Shown here: positions 52,074 through 62,895 of the stretch, in pieces
How the letters are laid out: each line of letters opens with the position of its first letter
Position numbering within the stretch: position 1 is the first letter of the stretch
Origin: Promethearchaeota archaeon
GTDB taxonomy: Archaea; Asgardarchaeota; Lokiarchaeia; Sigyniarchaeales; SOKP01
Assembly (NCBI GenBank): GCA_016839765.1
Contig: JAEOTP010000015.1
Span: forward strand, 64,001-128,000
Length of the DNA stretch: 64,000 nt
Direction of reading: 5' to 3'
Made by a program: the position numbers and the translations under genes
Notes under the pieces: generated by a model
Told to the model about the DNA's origin: nothing
The model's database searches: none
What the model saw: the letters and a program-made list of their open reading frames with translations, nothing else

Positions 52074-52180
52074 TTTCCTTTTTAACTCTATTTTTTTACA
52101 AGAATCTAATTTTAAAATAAACAATTAAATAAGATATTAATTAATTTAAATTAATTTAAAACCAAATTAATGGGGATTTT

Positions 52181-52561
52181 ATGAATAAAAAATTGTACTA
52201 CAAATATTTGTTTATTGTTGCTGCCCTTTATAACATAGTGAATTCAGTGATTTTTATATTTATTTCTATTTTTGCTACTGAGCTCTTTCCTCTATTTGGA
52301 GTAGCTCTTCCACCTAGTATGATCTGGTTGCAATTATCTCTGATTTTAATTTTAATTTTTGGAATAGGGTATTTTATAGTAAGTAGAGATTTAGAGAAGA
52401 ATCATGGACTTGTTCTTATTGGTGCTTTTGCTAAACTAATGTTTTTCATCTTAACATTAATGTATTTCATATTGGGAGATGTAAATATTCTAATTGTTTT
52501 ATTAGGTGGTATTGATTTAATAATGGTATGTTTATTTATTGAATTTCTATTGAAATTTTGA
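52181..52561 (+). CDS. Small 4-TM membrane protein
   Basis: AALYN, FGIGY..V.RD...N..LV.IG..AKL, ID...V.LF.EFL. Confidence 0.8.
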   Translation: MNKKLYYKYLFIVAALYNIVNSVIFIFISIFATELFPLFGVALPPSMIWLQLSLILILIFGIGYFIVSRDLEKNHGLVLIGAFAKLMFFILTLMYFILGDVNILIVLLGGIDLIMVCLFIEFLLKF

Positions 52562-52575
52562 AATTCTTGATTACG

Positions 52576-52680
52576 ATGAATTATCCAAAAAACAAATTTA
52601 AACTTTTATTTTTTACTCCACATGCAGATGATATTGAGCTAGGCACACCTTTTATGTATTTAGATGCTTTAAGCTTCTAG
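52576..52680 (+). pseudogene. N-terminal remnant of a PIG-L/LmbE-family deacetylase
   Basis: MNYPKNKFKLLFFTPHADDIELGTPFMYLDALSF* carries the PHxDD.E.G motif but stops after 34 aa. Confidence 0.7.
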
Positions 52681-52731
52681 GATTATAATATTTAATAAAA
52701 TAAAATTAATTTATTTTATATAAAAAATAAA

Positions 52732-53715
52732 TCAGCTTATATATTTTGCTTGTCCTGAAGAGCCTAAGACTTCTTTATTCTTTCTTATTATCATTTCAAT
52801 TAATTCTTGACGCGCAGTTCCAAGATACAGTCTTGGATCAAAATGATCTACGTGTTCTTTAAAATATTTTCTTATCATAGCTGTAAAAAGTATGCGGCTA
52901 TCTGTAGCTACATTAATCTTACATACACCATGTTGCGTCGCTTTTCTTAATTGAGTTTCTGGCACTCCAAAACTCTTTTTTAAGGATCCTCCATAATTAT
53001 TAACTATGTCAACATATTTTTTTGGGACTGAGGATGCTCCATGAAGTACTATTGGAAATTTTCCTAATCTCTTTCTTATCTCTTGGAGAATATCAAATCT
53101 TAGTTCTGGTATATCTTCTGCTCTTTCTACCTTAAATTTATAGGCCCCATGAGATGTTCCTATAGCTATTGCCAAGGAATCACATCCCGTTCTATTTACA
53201 AAATCTTCCACTTGTTCGGGGTCGGTATATTGTTGAATTTCTACTTCTTTACCTTTATCTTCTCTGCCTATAATCCCTAATTCTGCTTCTACATTAACGT
53301 TTCTTTGATGAGCATAATTTGCTACTCTTTTTGTTATCATAACGTTCTTCTGATATTCTAAATGACTTCCATCAAACATTACACTAGAAAAACCGATATC
53401 AATACATGCTTTACACGATTCAAAGGAACTTCCATGATCTAAATGTAGTGCAATTGGAATATCATACCCTAAATCTTTTGACATTTTAACGCATCCTTCT
53501 CCCATATATCGAATCATTGTTTTATTTGCATACTTTAAGGAAGTTTGGGTAATCTGAATAATGACGGGTGAATTTGAATCTCCACAACCAATAATAATTC
53601 CTTGTAATTGCTCAAGATTACTTGCATTATATCCAGGTATAGCGAATTTCCTTTCCAAAGCTACTTCAAACATTTCTTTTGTATTTGAAAGCCCCAATTC
53701 TTCAAATGAAACCAT
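52732..53715 (-). CDS. fba: Class II fructose-1,6-bisphosphate aldolase
   Basis: ALHLDHG, GFSSVMFDGS, VEAELG, SLAIAIGTSHGAYKF, IVLHGASS, CKINV.TD.R, FDPR.YL. Confidence 0.93.
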   Translation of the reverse strand: MVSFEELGLSNTKEMFEVALERKFAIPGYNASNLEQLQGIIIGCGDSNSPVIIQITQTSLKYANKTMIRYMGEGCVKMSKDLGYDIPIALHLDHGSSFESCKACIDIGFSSVMFDGSHLEYQKNVMITKRVANYAHQRNVNVEAELGIIGREDKGKEVEIQQYTDPEQVEDFVNRTGCDSLAIAIGTSHGAYKFKVERAEDIPELRFDILQEIRKRLGKFPIVLHGASSVPKKYVDIVNNYGGSLKKSFGVPETQLRKATQHGVCKINVATDSRILFTAMIRKYFKEHVDHFDPRLYLGTARQELIEMIIRKNKEVLGSSGQAKYIS

Positions 53716-53816
53716 ATTTATCACTTTTTATATTGTTAAAATTAATTATATAATATCAGTATAAAAAAGCTTAAAAATTGAAGAGTTAAATTTAGATTAA
53801 GTATAATTTTGTAATT

Positions 53817-54746
53817 ATGATAAAACCACATCGAATTGATATTCATCATCATATTCTCCCTCCAGAATATTTAAAATCATTAGCTAATATTGGAATTACT
53901 ACTGTCACTAATATATCTTTTCCTAAATGGGATCCAGAGCATAGCCTTGAGTTAATGGATCGCCAAGGTATTGCAATAACAATAACCTCCATATCTTCCC
54001 CAGGTATATATTTTGGAGATATTGAATTTACAAGAAATCTTGCGCGCATTTGTAATGAATATTCAGCCAACTTAATAAAAAAGTATCCAGAGCGTTTTGG
54101 GGGTTTTGCCACCTTACCTATTCCTGACTTTAAGGCTTCACTACGAGAGTTGGAGTATGCCTTAGATACATTAAACTTAGATGGGGTTGTACTACTCACA
54201 AATTTTAATGGCAAATATATTGGGGATCCTGAATTTGATGAGCTCTTTTTAGAGCTGAATCGGCGAAATACAGTAGTGTTTATTCATCCAGATATTCCCC
54301 CTAAAGAAAAATTACCTAATCTTAAATTACCATCCTCTGTTTTAGAATTTGTTTTTGATACAACACGAGCAATTTCAAACCTTATGCATCAAGGTATTTT
54401 TAAAAAGTATCCTAAAATTAAATTTATTTTTGCCCATGCTGGAGGAACAGCGCCCTATATCGCATGGCGAATTACCTTTGGAAATAAAAGATTAATTAAA
54501 CAATTCAAGGAACTCTATTATGGTACAGCATTAACTGCAACAAGGAATGTTTTTCAATCTATCATCGAATTAGCGGATCCTTCTCATCTACTCTTTGGCA
54601 GTGATTTTCCATTTGTGCATGAAATAAAGATAAAAGAAATGATTCAAGGAATTAAAAACTATAGTGAATTTAACGAGCAAACACGCCTAGCTATAGAACA
54701 AGAAAATGCATTATTACTTTTCCCTAGGCTTAAATCTTATCTCTAG
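53817..54746 (+). CDS. Amidohydrolase_2-family protein (aromatic decarboxylase-like)
   Basis: RIDIHHH, SISSPG, AR.CNE, VFIHP, FDTTRA, AHAGG..PY, LFGSDFPF. Confidence 0.88.
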   Translation: MIKPHRIDIHHHILPPEYLKSLANIGITTVTNISFPKWDPEHSLELMDRQGIAITITSISSPGIYFGDIEFTRNLARICNEYSANLIKKYPERFGGFATLPIPDFKASLRELEYALDTLNLDGVVLLTNFNGKYIGDPEFDELFLELNRRNTVVFIHPDIPPKEKLPNLKLPSSVLEFVFDTTRAISNLMHQGIFKKYPKIKFIFAHAGGTAPYIAWRITFGNKRLIKQFKELYYGTALTATRNVFQSIIELADPSHLLFGSDFPFVHEIKIKEMIQGIKNYSEFNEQTRLAIEQENALLLFPRLKSYL

Positions 54747-54815
54747 AAATTATACTAAAAATTATCTTGAGATTTTGATAAAAACTCTCAATTAAAAAAA
54801 AGAAGATTGTAAATT

Positions 54816-55703
54816 TTACAGAGAAATATTAAGTTTTTGTCTTAATTCTTTATATCTTGAACGAAGTGTTACCTCAGTCACCCCAATTGAATCTGCGATT
54901 TGTTTCTGAGTATAACTTTTATTCTTTATTTTACATGCTAGATAAATAGCTCCACCAACTATCCCTTTCGGATCTTTTCCACTACTAGAAAATTTGGAAA
55001 TGAAAGTTTTTACTATTTTTGTAGCTAAATTTTCAACTTCTGAAGATAATCCTAATTCAGCAATATATCTTGGAATTAGAGCACTTGGTTTAGTATTTGG
55101 TGCTTTTAAATTTAATTCTCGAATTAAAACTCTATAACATCGTCTAACATCTTTATCCTTTTCAGCAGTTTCCTCTAAGATTTCGTGCAGAGTTCTAGAC
55201 AACCTATATTTTCTAATTGCATAATATAAACACGCTGCAATCATAGAGTTTATTGATCTACCTCGAAGTAATTTTTGCTTGAATACCTCTCTATAAAGGC
55301 GCATTGCTTCTTCTTTTATATGATTTGGTAAATTCAAATTAGTACTAATTCTTTTGAGTTCTGTGGTGGCAATTAGCATGTTTCGCTTTTTCCAAGGCAT
55401 TCTAGTATCCCATTTTGCTGCTCTTTTTAAATCAGGATTATCTATTTTTTTTTTATCTATTGTAGTAGTTAATCCAATATCTGGGACAAGACTTGAAATG
55501 GGTGACCCGGTTCTTTCCCTTTTGGATTTTTCCTCATTACTATAAGCTCTTCTCCCACTATGAGAGAAGTCAACATTTCTTTCTTGCAAAACTAAACCAC
55601 ATTGATTACAAACAACATCTCCAGTTTCCTGGAGTGAAATAATATTACCCCCACATTCTGGGCATAAATTGATGGTTTTATTCAAATTATAAACAACATT
55701 CAT
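54816..55703 (-). CDS. tfb: Transcription initiation factor IIB
   Basis: CPECG...VVC..CGLV zinc ribbon, RTGSP, LLRGRS....AACLY, GKDP.G....IY.A, TQ..IA...GVTEVTLR.RYKEL. Confidence 0.95.
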   Translation of the reverse strand: MNVVYNLNKTINLCPECGGNIISLQETGDVVCNQCGLVLQERNVDFSHSGRRAYSNEEKSKRERTGSPISSLVPDIGLTTTIDKKKIDNPDLKRAAKWDTRMPWKKRNMLIATTELKRISTNLNLPNHIKEEAMRLYREVFKQKLLRGRSINSMIAACLYYAIRKYRLSRTLHEILEETAEKDKDVRRCYRVLIRELNLKAPNTKPSALIPRYIAELGLSSEVENLATKIVKTFISKFSSSGKDPKGIVGGAIYLACKIKNKSYTQKQIADSIGVTEVTLRSRYKELRQKLNISL

Positions 55704-55764
55704 TTCAACATCACTTTAATTATTTTATAAAAAAAATTATAAAAAACAACAAAAAAAATTAAAT

Positions 55765-58386
55765 TTATAATGATAAATCCCTCGAAATTTTACCTATTTT
55801 TTCAAAAACAAAAGCTCCATGTTTATTTAAATCGACTTTAATAAGATCTTCGTCATCTATATCTCCTTCTAAAATCTTGAGTGATAATGGATTTTGAATT
55901 AAATTTTGAATTGCTCTTTTTAGAGGCCTTGCTCCATAATCAGGATCAAAACCTTTTTTAGCGAGCACCCCTTTTGCTGCATCTGATAATTCTATTTGAA
56001 TCTTTTGTTCTGAAAGAATTTTATTTAAATTCTTGATTTGTATATCTACAATAAACTTAATTTGTTCTTCTTCTAAAAAGTTAAATATGACAATCTCATC
56101 AACTCGATTCAAGAATTCTGGTCTGAAGTAATTTTTTAGAGTATTTAATATCAATTCTTTGTTCTGATCTTTATCCTCCTTCCTTGATTCGAGGATGTAT
56201 TGACTACCGATATTACTAGTCATAATAATTATTGTATTCTTAAAATCTACAGTCTTTCCATGTCCATCTGTCAATCTTCCATCATCCATAATTTGTAGAA
56301 GAATGTTAAAAACTTCAAGATGTGCTTTTTCAATTTCATCAAATAAAATTACTGAGTAAGGTCTCCTTCTAACTGCTTCTGTTAAATATCCTCCTTCTTC
56401 AAATCCCACATAACCAGGAGGAGCTCCTATTAATCTAGCTACACTATGTTTTTCCATAAATTCTGACATATCAACTCTTACCATGGCATTTTCATCATCA
56501 AATAAAAATTCGGCTAATGCTTTTGCGGTCTCGGTCTTCCCTACTCCAGTAGGACCCATAAAAATAAATGTCCCAATTGGTCTATTTGGGTCTTGAATCC
56601 CAGCTCTTGCTCTTCTAATAGCATTTGAAATTATGCTCAATGCTTCATCTTGACCAATTACTCTTTTTCTTAAACGATCCTCCATTTTTAATAATTTATC
56701 ACGCTCACCTTCTAACATTCTTGAAACAGGAATTCCTGTCCATTGCGAAACAATTTTTGCGATGTCTTCCTCATCAACTTCTTGCTTTAACATTACTTTA
56801 TTTTCTTGAATCTCGTTTAATTTAGAATTAGATTGCTCTAAATCTTTTTTTAGTTGGTTTAAAACTCCATAGGTTAATTCCGCAGCTTTTTCAAGATCCC
56901 CTCTTTTTTCAGCTCTTTCAGCCTCAATCTTAGTCTCTTCCATTTTCTTTTTAATTTCATTGATTTTTGATATGAAATTTTTTTCATTATTCCATTGAAT
57001 CTTTAGCTTATCACTTTCTTCTCGAAGATTATGTAGTTCCTCATCCAATTTCTTCATCTTTTCTTTTACTGATTTGTCGCTCTCTTTTTTTAAAGCTTCT
57101 TTTTGAATTTCTAATTGAATTATTTTTCGCTCTATTTCATCTATCTCCGTTGGCATACTATCAATCTCAATTCGCAATCTTGATGCGGCCTCATCCATTA
57201 AGTCAATAGCTTTATCTGGTAAAAAGCGATCAGCAATATACCTATGTGATAACATAACAGCTGCTATAATTGCTGAATCAGTTATTCTTACTCCATGATG
57301 GATTTCATACTTCTCTTTTAATCCCCTCAAAATAGCTATTGAATCTTCTACATTAGGTTCTTCTACAAACACAGTCTGAAATCTTCGTGTTAATGCGGCA
57401 TCTTTCTCAATATACTTCCTATATTCATCTATAGTAGTTGCTCCTATTGCCCGTAATTCTCCTCTTGCTAATGCCGGTTTTAACATGTTTGATGCATCAA
57501 TAGCCCCTTGAGCAGCACCTGCTCCGATTAAAGTATGCAATTCATCAATAAATAATATATATTTTCCTGCTCCCTTTTCTACTTCTTTAATAAATGCTTT
57601 TAACCGATCTTCAAATTCTCCGCGATACTTAGCGCCCGCAACCATCGCTGCTAAATCCATCGCAATTATATCTTTATTCTTTAAAGATTCTGGAATATCA
57701 TTATTAGCAATGCGTTGGGCTAATCCTTCTACAATTGCAGTTTTTCCTACACCAGCTTCTCCTATTAAAACGGGATTATTTTTGGTTCTTCTTGAAAGTA
57801 TATGCATTACTCTTCTTATTTCATCATCTCTTCCAATAACAGGATCAATTTTCCCTCTTTTCGCTAAATCCGTGAGATTGCGACTATATTTTTCAATTGC
57901 TTGATACTTCCCTTCTGGATCTTGATCATTGATAGTTTGGCTTCCTCGTATAGAAGTTAATGCTTGTAAAATCCTACCGTTAGTTATTCCAAACTTTTTT
58001 AAAATGGAGTATATAGGTAAAGATTGGTCTTTAGACATAGCTATTAATAAATGTTCTGTGCTTAGATATTGATCTTTCATAGATTCAGCTTCTTTCCAAG
58101 CATTATCAAATAATTTTCCAGAATTTCGTGATAAAACTACATCAGTTGCTCCTGATCCAGTAACTTTCGGTAATTTCTCTAAATCTTTATTCAAATCGTG
58201 CAATAATTGTGATATATTAATTCCTAGTTTCTGTAATAAGGGAGTTGTGATACCATCTTTTTGTTCTATTAAGGAGATTAATAAATGAATTGGTTCAATT
58301 TGCTGATTATCATTAGTTTGAGCTAATAATCTTGCAGCCATAAGAGCTTCTTGTACTTTTATCGTAAATTTATCAAATTTCATCAT
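55765..58386 (-). CDS. clpB: ATP-dependent disaggregase ClpB
   Basis: Clp N-domain, [14 protein letters not shown], long middle coiled coil, [32 protein letters not shown]. Confidence 0.96.
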   Translation of the reverse strand: MMKFDKFTIKVQEALMAARLLAQTNDNQQIEPIHLLISLIEQKDGITTPLLQKLGINISQLLHDLNKDLEKLPKVTGSGATDVVLSRNSGKLFDNAWKEAESMKDQYLSTEHLLIAMSKDQSLPIYSILKKFGITNGRILQALTSIRGSQTINDQDPEGKYQAIEKYSRNLTDLAKRGKIDPVIGRDDEIRRVMHILSRRTKNNPVLIGEAGVGKTAIVEGLAQRIANNDIPESLKNKDIIAMDLAAMVAGAKYRGEFEDRLKAFIKEVEKGAGKYILFIDELHTLIGAGAAQGAIDASNMLKPALARGELRAIGATTIDEYRKYIEKDAALTRRFQTVFVEEPNVEDSIAILRGLKEKYEIHHGVRITDSAIIAAVMLSHRYIADRFLPDKAIDLMDEAASRLRIEIDSMPTEIDEIERKIIQLEIQKEALKKESDKSVKEKMKKLDEELHNLREESDKLKIQWNNEKNFISKINEIKKKMEETKIEAERAEKRGDLEKAAELTYGVLNQLKKDLEQSNSKLNEIQENKVMLKQEVDEEDIAKIVSQWTGIPVSRMLEGERDKLLKMEDRLRKRVIGQDEALSIISNAIRRARAGIQDPNRPIGTFIFMGPTGVGKTETAKALAEFLFDDENAMVRVDMSEFMEKHSVARLIGAPPGYVGFEEGGYLTEAVRRRPYSVILFDEIEKAHLEVFNILLQIMDDGRLTDGHGKTVDFKNTIIIMTSNIGSQYILESRKEDKDQNKELILNTLKNYFRPEFLNRVDEIVIFNFLEEEQIKFIVDIQIKNLNKILSEQKIQIELSDAAKGVLAKKGFDPDYGARPLKRAIQNLIQNPLSLKILEGDIDDEDLIKVDLNKHGAFVFEKIGKISRDLSL

Positions 58387-58402
58387 TTTTTTTATCACCT
58401 AT

Positions 58403-59416
58403 TTATAATCCCGCTGCTTTTAATTGTTCAATTATTTGTTTTTGAGTTTTATTTAATCTTTCAGGAACTTGAATTTTTATTCTAATTAATAAATTCCCTC
58501 TTTCATTTGAATTAATTTTGAAAAATCCTTGATTTTTTAATCTTAATGTGGATGAATCGCTTGTTCCAGGAGGTACTGTTACATTTAACGTTTTTTCAAT
58601 ACCAGGAACTTGAATTTTCCCTCCCAAACTTGCAACTGAGAAAGGAATTTTATGTTCTATAGAAAGGTCATCACCTCTTCTTTCAAAAAGAGAGTGATTC
58701 TTTATGTGAACTGCAATATACAAATCTCCAGGAAAACCTCCATTTTCTCCTGGCATTCCCTTTCCCTTTAATCGTAATTTTTGGTCATCCCTAATACCTT
58801 TAGGTATATTAACTGTTAAGTTCTTCATTTGACCAGATAATGGATCTTTATATTGAATCTTCTTTTTTCCACCATAGAACGCATCCATAAAATCAATCTC
58901 CATATCATATCGTAAATCATCTCCTTCTCTTGGATAATTATATGATGGGGAACGAGCTCTCGTACTACCAGTGCCTCTTTTCGTAAAAACATCAAAAATA
59001 TCTCCCAAATCGTTGAAAAAATCAGAACCTCCAAATCCCCCTCTTGAAGTTTTATTATTTCCAAAAATTTCACTAAAATTAAATCCTCCTGGGTTACCAG
59101 CGGTTGAATAGTAATACGTTGTACTTCCATTTGGACTTCTATTTGTTCTTCCGCTCCCAGGAAACCCCTGCGCCCATTGTTGATATGTTGATGGATCCCC
59201 ATCTACTACGCCAAATTTATCATACATTTCTCTCTTTTTATCATCACTTAAAATACTATAAGCCTCGTTTATTTCTTTAAAAGTTTCACCTGATTTTAGT
59301 TCATCTGGATTTACATCTGGGTGATATTTCCGAGCCATTTTTCGAAATGCTCTTTTTATTTCTTCTTTTGTAGCATTTTTTGGGATCCCTAAAATTTTAT
59401 AATAATCTTTAGCCAT
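58403..59416 (-). CDS. dnaJ: DnaJ-class co-chaperone, type II (no zinc finger)
   Basis: DYYKILG, KYHPD J-domain, G/F-rich region and C-terminal domain; no CxxCxGxG repeats. Confidence 0.9.
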   Translation of the reverse strand: MAKDYYKILGIPKNATKEEIKRAFRKMARKYHPDVNPDELKSGETFKEINEAYSILSDDKKREMYDKFGVVDGDPSTYQQWAQGFPGSGRTNRSPNGSTTYYYSTAGNPGGFNFSEIFGNNKTSRGGFGGSDFFNDLGDIFDVFTKRGTGSTRARSPSYNYPREGDDLRYDMEIDFMDAFYGGKKKIQYKDPLSGQMKNLTVNIPKGIRDDQKLRLKGKGMPGENGGFPGDLYIAVHIKNHSLFERRGDDLSIEHKIPFSVASLGGKIQVPGIEKTLNVTVPPGTSDSSTLRLKNQGFFKINSNERGNLLIRIKIQVPERLNKTQKQIIEQLKAAGL

Positions 59417-59496
59417 TTTTAACCCCTTTATTTAATAATTATCATAATAATCGTGAATTAATATAAAATAAAAAAATAAAATTAAAAAAAATGGAA

Positions 59497-61383
59497 TTAT
59501 TCATATTCTGCATCTACAACGTTATCTTGACCAGTAGCACGTCTAAATTGCTCTTCTTCAATTTCATCTTGAGATTTTCCTTGATGTTTTGGACTTGTTC
59601 CACCCATACCTCCAGGTGGGACTCCCTGATGTGCAGTTTGCTGTTGTCCATAAATCCGAGCTGAAACTTCATGTAATGAACTTTGCAAAGCTTCTGTTGC
59701 GCTTTTAATCCTGGAGACATCATCTGATTCCATAGCACTTCGCAAATCTGAAATTTTCTCGAGAATCCTTGATTTCAAATCTCCGATTACAGCCTCGTTT
59801 TCTTTAATAAGTTTCTCCGTTTGATATATCAGAGCTTCTGCTTGGTTTTTAGCTTCTGTTAGTTCTTTGAACTTCCTATCTTCTTCAGCATTTCGCTCCG
59901 CTTCTCTTACTTTTTGTTCGATATCATCTTCAGACATTTTTGTTGAGGCTGTAATAGTTATACTTTGACTTTTTCCCGTTCCTTTATCTTTTGCAGATAC
60001 ATTTAAGATACCATTTTGATCTATATCAAAAGTAACTTCGATTTGAGGCATGCCCCTTGGTGCTGGAGGAATACCGGTCAAATGAAACTTACCTAATGTT
60101 ATGTTATCTGCAGCTCTAGGTCTCTCTCCCTGTAAGACATGAATTTCTACTGCAGGTTGATTATCAGCAGCTGTACTAAAAATTTCAGTTTTTTTAGTTG
60201 GAATGGTAGTATTTCTTTCAATCAATTTAGTAAAAACTCCTCCTAATGTTTCAACTCCTAATGATAATGGAGTAACATCTAAAAGTAGCAAATCTTTGAC
60301 TTCACCAGTTAAAACTCCACCCTGAATTGAAGCACCAATAGCAACACATTCCATAGGATCGATACTTCTTTCCGGTTTTCTACCTAAGAATTTCTCAAAC
60401 TTCTCTTGAATACTTGGCATTCTTGTGGGTCCACCTACTAATATTACTTTATCAACTTCACCTTTCTTCAGATTTGCATCGTCCAGAGCTTTAATAATTG
60501 GAGCCTCTAATCTTTTCAAAACAGTTTCAATCAATTGTTCTAATTTTGCTCTTGTAATTGACATATTAAGATGTTTAGGCCCTGAATCTGTGGCTGTAAT
60601 GTATGGTAGATTTATATCAGTTGTAATTGAAGTTGATAACTCAATTTTAGCTTGTTCCGCAGCTTCTCGTATTCTTTGCATTGCCATTGAATCTTTTCTC
60701 AACTCAATACCTTCTTTAGCTTTAAACTCATCAATTATGTAGTCAACAAGAATTCTATCCATGTCTGTGCCACCAAGTTGAGTATCTCCAGCCGTGGAAA
60801 TAACTTCGAATACTTGATTATCCATTTCCATTATAGTGACATCAAAAGTACCGCCACCAAGATCTAAAACAGCAATTTTTAGCCGAGCGTCTTTCTTATC
60901 TAATCCATAAGCGACGGCGGCGGCAGTAGGTTCGTTGATTAAACGCTTAACGTTCAATCCCGCGATCCTTCCCGCATCTTTCGTAGCTTGTCTTTGATTA
61001 TCATTAAAGTAAGCTGGAACAGTAATTATTGCCTCAGTAACTTCTTCACCTAGGTAAGCGCTAGCATCCTCTTTGATCTTTCTTAAAATCATTGCTGAAA
61101 TTTCTTGTGGTGTATAATCCTTTCTATCAATTGTTACCTTGTAAGAAGTGCCCATTTTACGTTTAATAGCTGTTATAGTGCGATCTGGATTTGAAATAGC
61201 TTGTCTTCGTGCGGGTTCACCAACTAATCTCTGTCCATCTTTCGTAAATGCTACAACTGAGGGAAATGCCTTACCTCCTAATGTATTACCTTCTGCACTA
61301 GGAATAATGGTTGGTTTACCACCAATCAATACGGCAGCAGCAGAATTTGAAGTTCCTAAATCGATACCAATTATTTTTCCCAT
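59497..61383 (-). CDS. dnaK: Molecular chaperone DnaK (Hsp70)
   Basis: [54 protein letters not shown]. Confidence 0.97.
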   Translation of the reverse strand: MGKIIGIDLGTSNSAAAVLIGGKPTIIPSAEGNTLGGKAFPSVVAFTKDGQRLVGEPARRQAISNPDRTITAIKRKMGTSYKVTIDRKDYTPQEISAMILRKIKEDASAYLGEEVTEAIITVPAYFNDNQRQATKDAGRIAGLNVKRLINEPTAAAVAYGLDKKDARLKIAVLDLGGGTFDVTIMEMDNQVFEVISTAGDTQLGGTDMDRILVDYIIDEFKAKEGIELRKDSMAMQRIREAAEQAKIELSTSITTDINLPYITATDSGPKHLNMSITRAKLEQLIETVLKRLEAPIIKALDDANLKKGEVDKVILVGGPTRMPSIQEKFEKFLGRKPERSIDPMECVAIGASIQGGVLTGEVKDLLLLDVTPLSLGVETLGGVFTKLIERNTTIPTKKTEIFSTAADNQPAVEIHVLQGERPRAADNITLGKFHLTGIPPAPRGMPQIEVTFDIDQNGILNVSAKDKGTGKSQSITITASTKMSEDDIEQKVREAERNAEEDRKFKELTEAKNQAEALIYQTEKLIKENEAVIGDLKSRILEKISDLRSAMESDDVSRIKSATEALQSSLHEVSARIYGQQQTAHQGVPPGGMGGTSPKHQGKSQDEIEEEQFRRATGQDNVVDAEYE

Positions 61384-61413
61384 ATTTCTTCACTTTTTTC
61401 TTTTTTTTCGTTT

Positions 61414-62088
61414 TTAATTTTTTATATTAAATTTTAATTTTGATACTTTAACCCCTGCGGGTTTCAATATAGCGTTATTAAAATAATAACCTTTATCTAA
61501 TTCTTCAATAATAGTATTTTCAGGGAGATTGTCGTTCGCTTCAACCATAAGAGCTTCATGTTTATAAGGATCAAATTTTTGTCCTTCACATTTCATCTCT
61601 CTTACTCCCTCTACTTCGAGAAATTTTTCAAAGTTCTTCATAATCATCTCAAACCCTTTTTTTACTTGCTCACTATTTTCTAAGGTTTCTAAGATTTTTA
61701 ATGCCCGTTGTAAATCTTCATAATGTTTAATCAATTTTTTTAGTATTTCTTCCTTTATTCTCATCTTGTACCTTTCATTTTCACGATGATTTGATTTCTT
61801 ATAATTTTCGAAATCAGCTTGTACTCTTACGAGTGAATTTAAATATTTTTCTGTCTTCTCCTCTAAATCTTTAAGCTTTCTACCATCATCTCTCATTTCC
61901 TCAAGTTGTCTGTGTAATTCTGATTTTTTAGCTTCGATGTCTTTAAATTTCTTAACTAAAGTCCCATATTTTTCAGCAATTTCTCTCAATTGCCTATATT
62001 GGTTTTTAGATATTGTAATCTTGCTATAAGGGTCCTCTAATGACCTCCGAGCATTGGAAAATTCATCATAAAAGTCTTCAAATACCAT
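61414..62088 (-). CDS. grpE: Nucleotide exchange factor GrpE
   Basis: R.QADFENYKK, FDPYKHEAL, I.EEL.KGY......L.PA.VKVSK. Confidence 0.92.
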   Translation of the reverse strand: MVFEDFYDEFSNARRSLEDPYSKITISKNQYRQLREIAEKYGTLVKKFKDIEAKKSELHRQLEEMRDDGRKLKDLEEKTEKYLNSLVRVQADFENYKKSNHRENERYKMRIKEEILKKLIKHYEDLQRALKILETLENSEQVKKGFEMIMKNFEKFLEVEGVREMKCEGQKFDPYKHEALMVEANDNLPENTIIEELDKGYYFNNAILKPAGVKVSKLKFNIKN

Positions 62089-62104
62089 TTTTTTCAATTT
62101 ATTT

Positions 62105-62177
62105 TTGTCAATTAACTTTTATTGTCAATTCATGGTTGACAATTAATGTATGTTGAAATAAGTATTTAAAGGTTTCG
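62105..62177 (-). promoter_or_regulatory. Chaperone-operon promoter (BRE-TATA) with palindromic operator
   Basis: Minus strand CGAAACC-TTTAAATA (62177-62163); ATTGTCAA-N7-TTGACAAT at 62121-62143; extra half-site TTGTCAATT at 62105-62113. Confidence 0.7.
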
Positions 62178-62488
62178 ATTTTAAAAAATAATGCGTAAAA
62201 AGTTGCTTTTTGATTAAGATTAATACGTTTTTGAATATATCTTAAAAGATATTATTTAAAATTTTAAAATGTATTTTATATATTAAAATTAATAAACTTT
62301 TAATCGATTAATGTTTTCAATTAAACAGTAAGAAAAACGAAGTAGTTTGATTCCTCTTTTTGATTATTATTTTGGAATTATAATTTATGGTAAAAATATA
62401 ATAGAACTTTTAAGTTTTTACAATTTTTATAGATTTAATAATATAGTTATATAATATAAGATAATGATTAGGAAAAAAGAGAAGAAAA

Positions 62489-62659
62489 ATGAAGGTTAAA
62501 TGGAAAACATTTAGGAAATCATATCCATATATTTGTACTAATTGCGGAGAGTTTTCTAATATGGAAAGAGAATATTGTGAAAACTGCGGTCAAAAAGATT
62601 GTCTTAGGGATACCAATAAAGAAGATTATGAGAAGCATCTAGGGATAATAAAAGAGTAA
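62489..62659 (+). CDS. Small zinc-ribbon protein, 56 aa
   Basis: Hand translation MKVKWKTFRKSYPYICTNCGEFSNMEREYCENCGQKDCLR...; two CxxCG motifs; missed by the 60-aa cutoff. Confidence 0.75.
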   Translation: MKVKWKTFRKSYPYICTNCGEFSNMEREYCENCGQKDCLRDTNKEDYEKHLGIIKE

Positions 62660-62707
62660 ATCATTAAAACTATGAATATGATTATAATTTACTTCTAATT
62701 TATATTT

Positions 62708-62830
62708 TTATGGAAATCTTTTTGTCAATTTCAGGTCTATGTTTTTTTTTCCCACGAATTTTAGAAAAACGCTTATATCTTCAGTTCTACTAATTGGTGG
62801 ATAAAAGTTATCCCAATGTATAAGAATCAC
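62708..62830 (-). pseudogene. C-terminal remnant of an MBL-fold metallo-hydrolase
   Basis: (KK)VILIHWDNFYPPISRTEDI resembles the terminal ViPiHWD.F motif of MBL-fold hydrolases; upstream coding part absent. Confidence 0.5.
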
Positions 62831-62895
62831 TTTTTTAGAAAATAAAAATTATTATTAGTAATTGGTGAAATTATAATAGTCTTGTATACTTTCGT

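Noticed and set aside
52136-52160. ATTAATTTAA tandem/palindromic run
   Set aside because: Pure A/T low complexity, expected in this genome.
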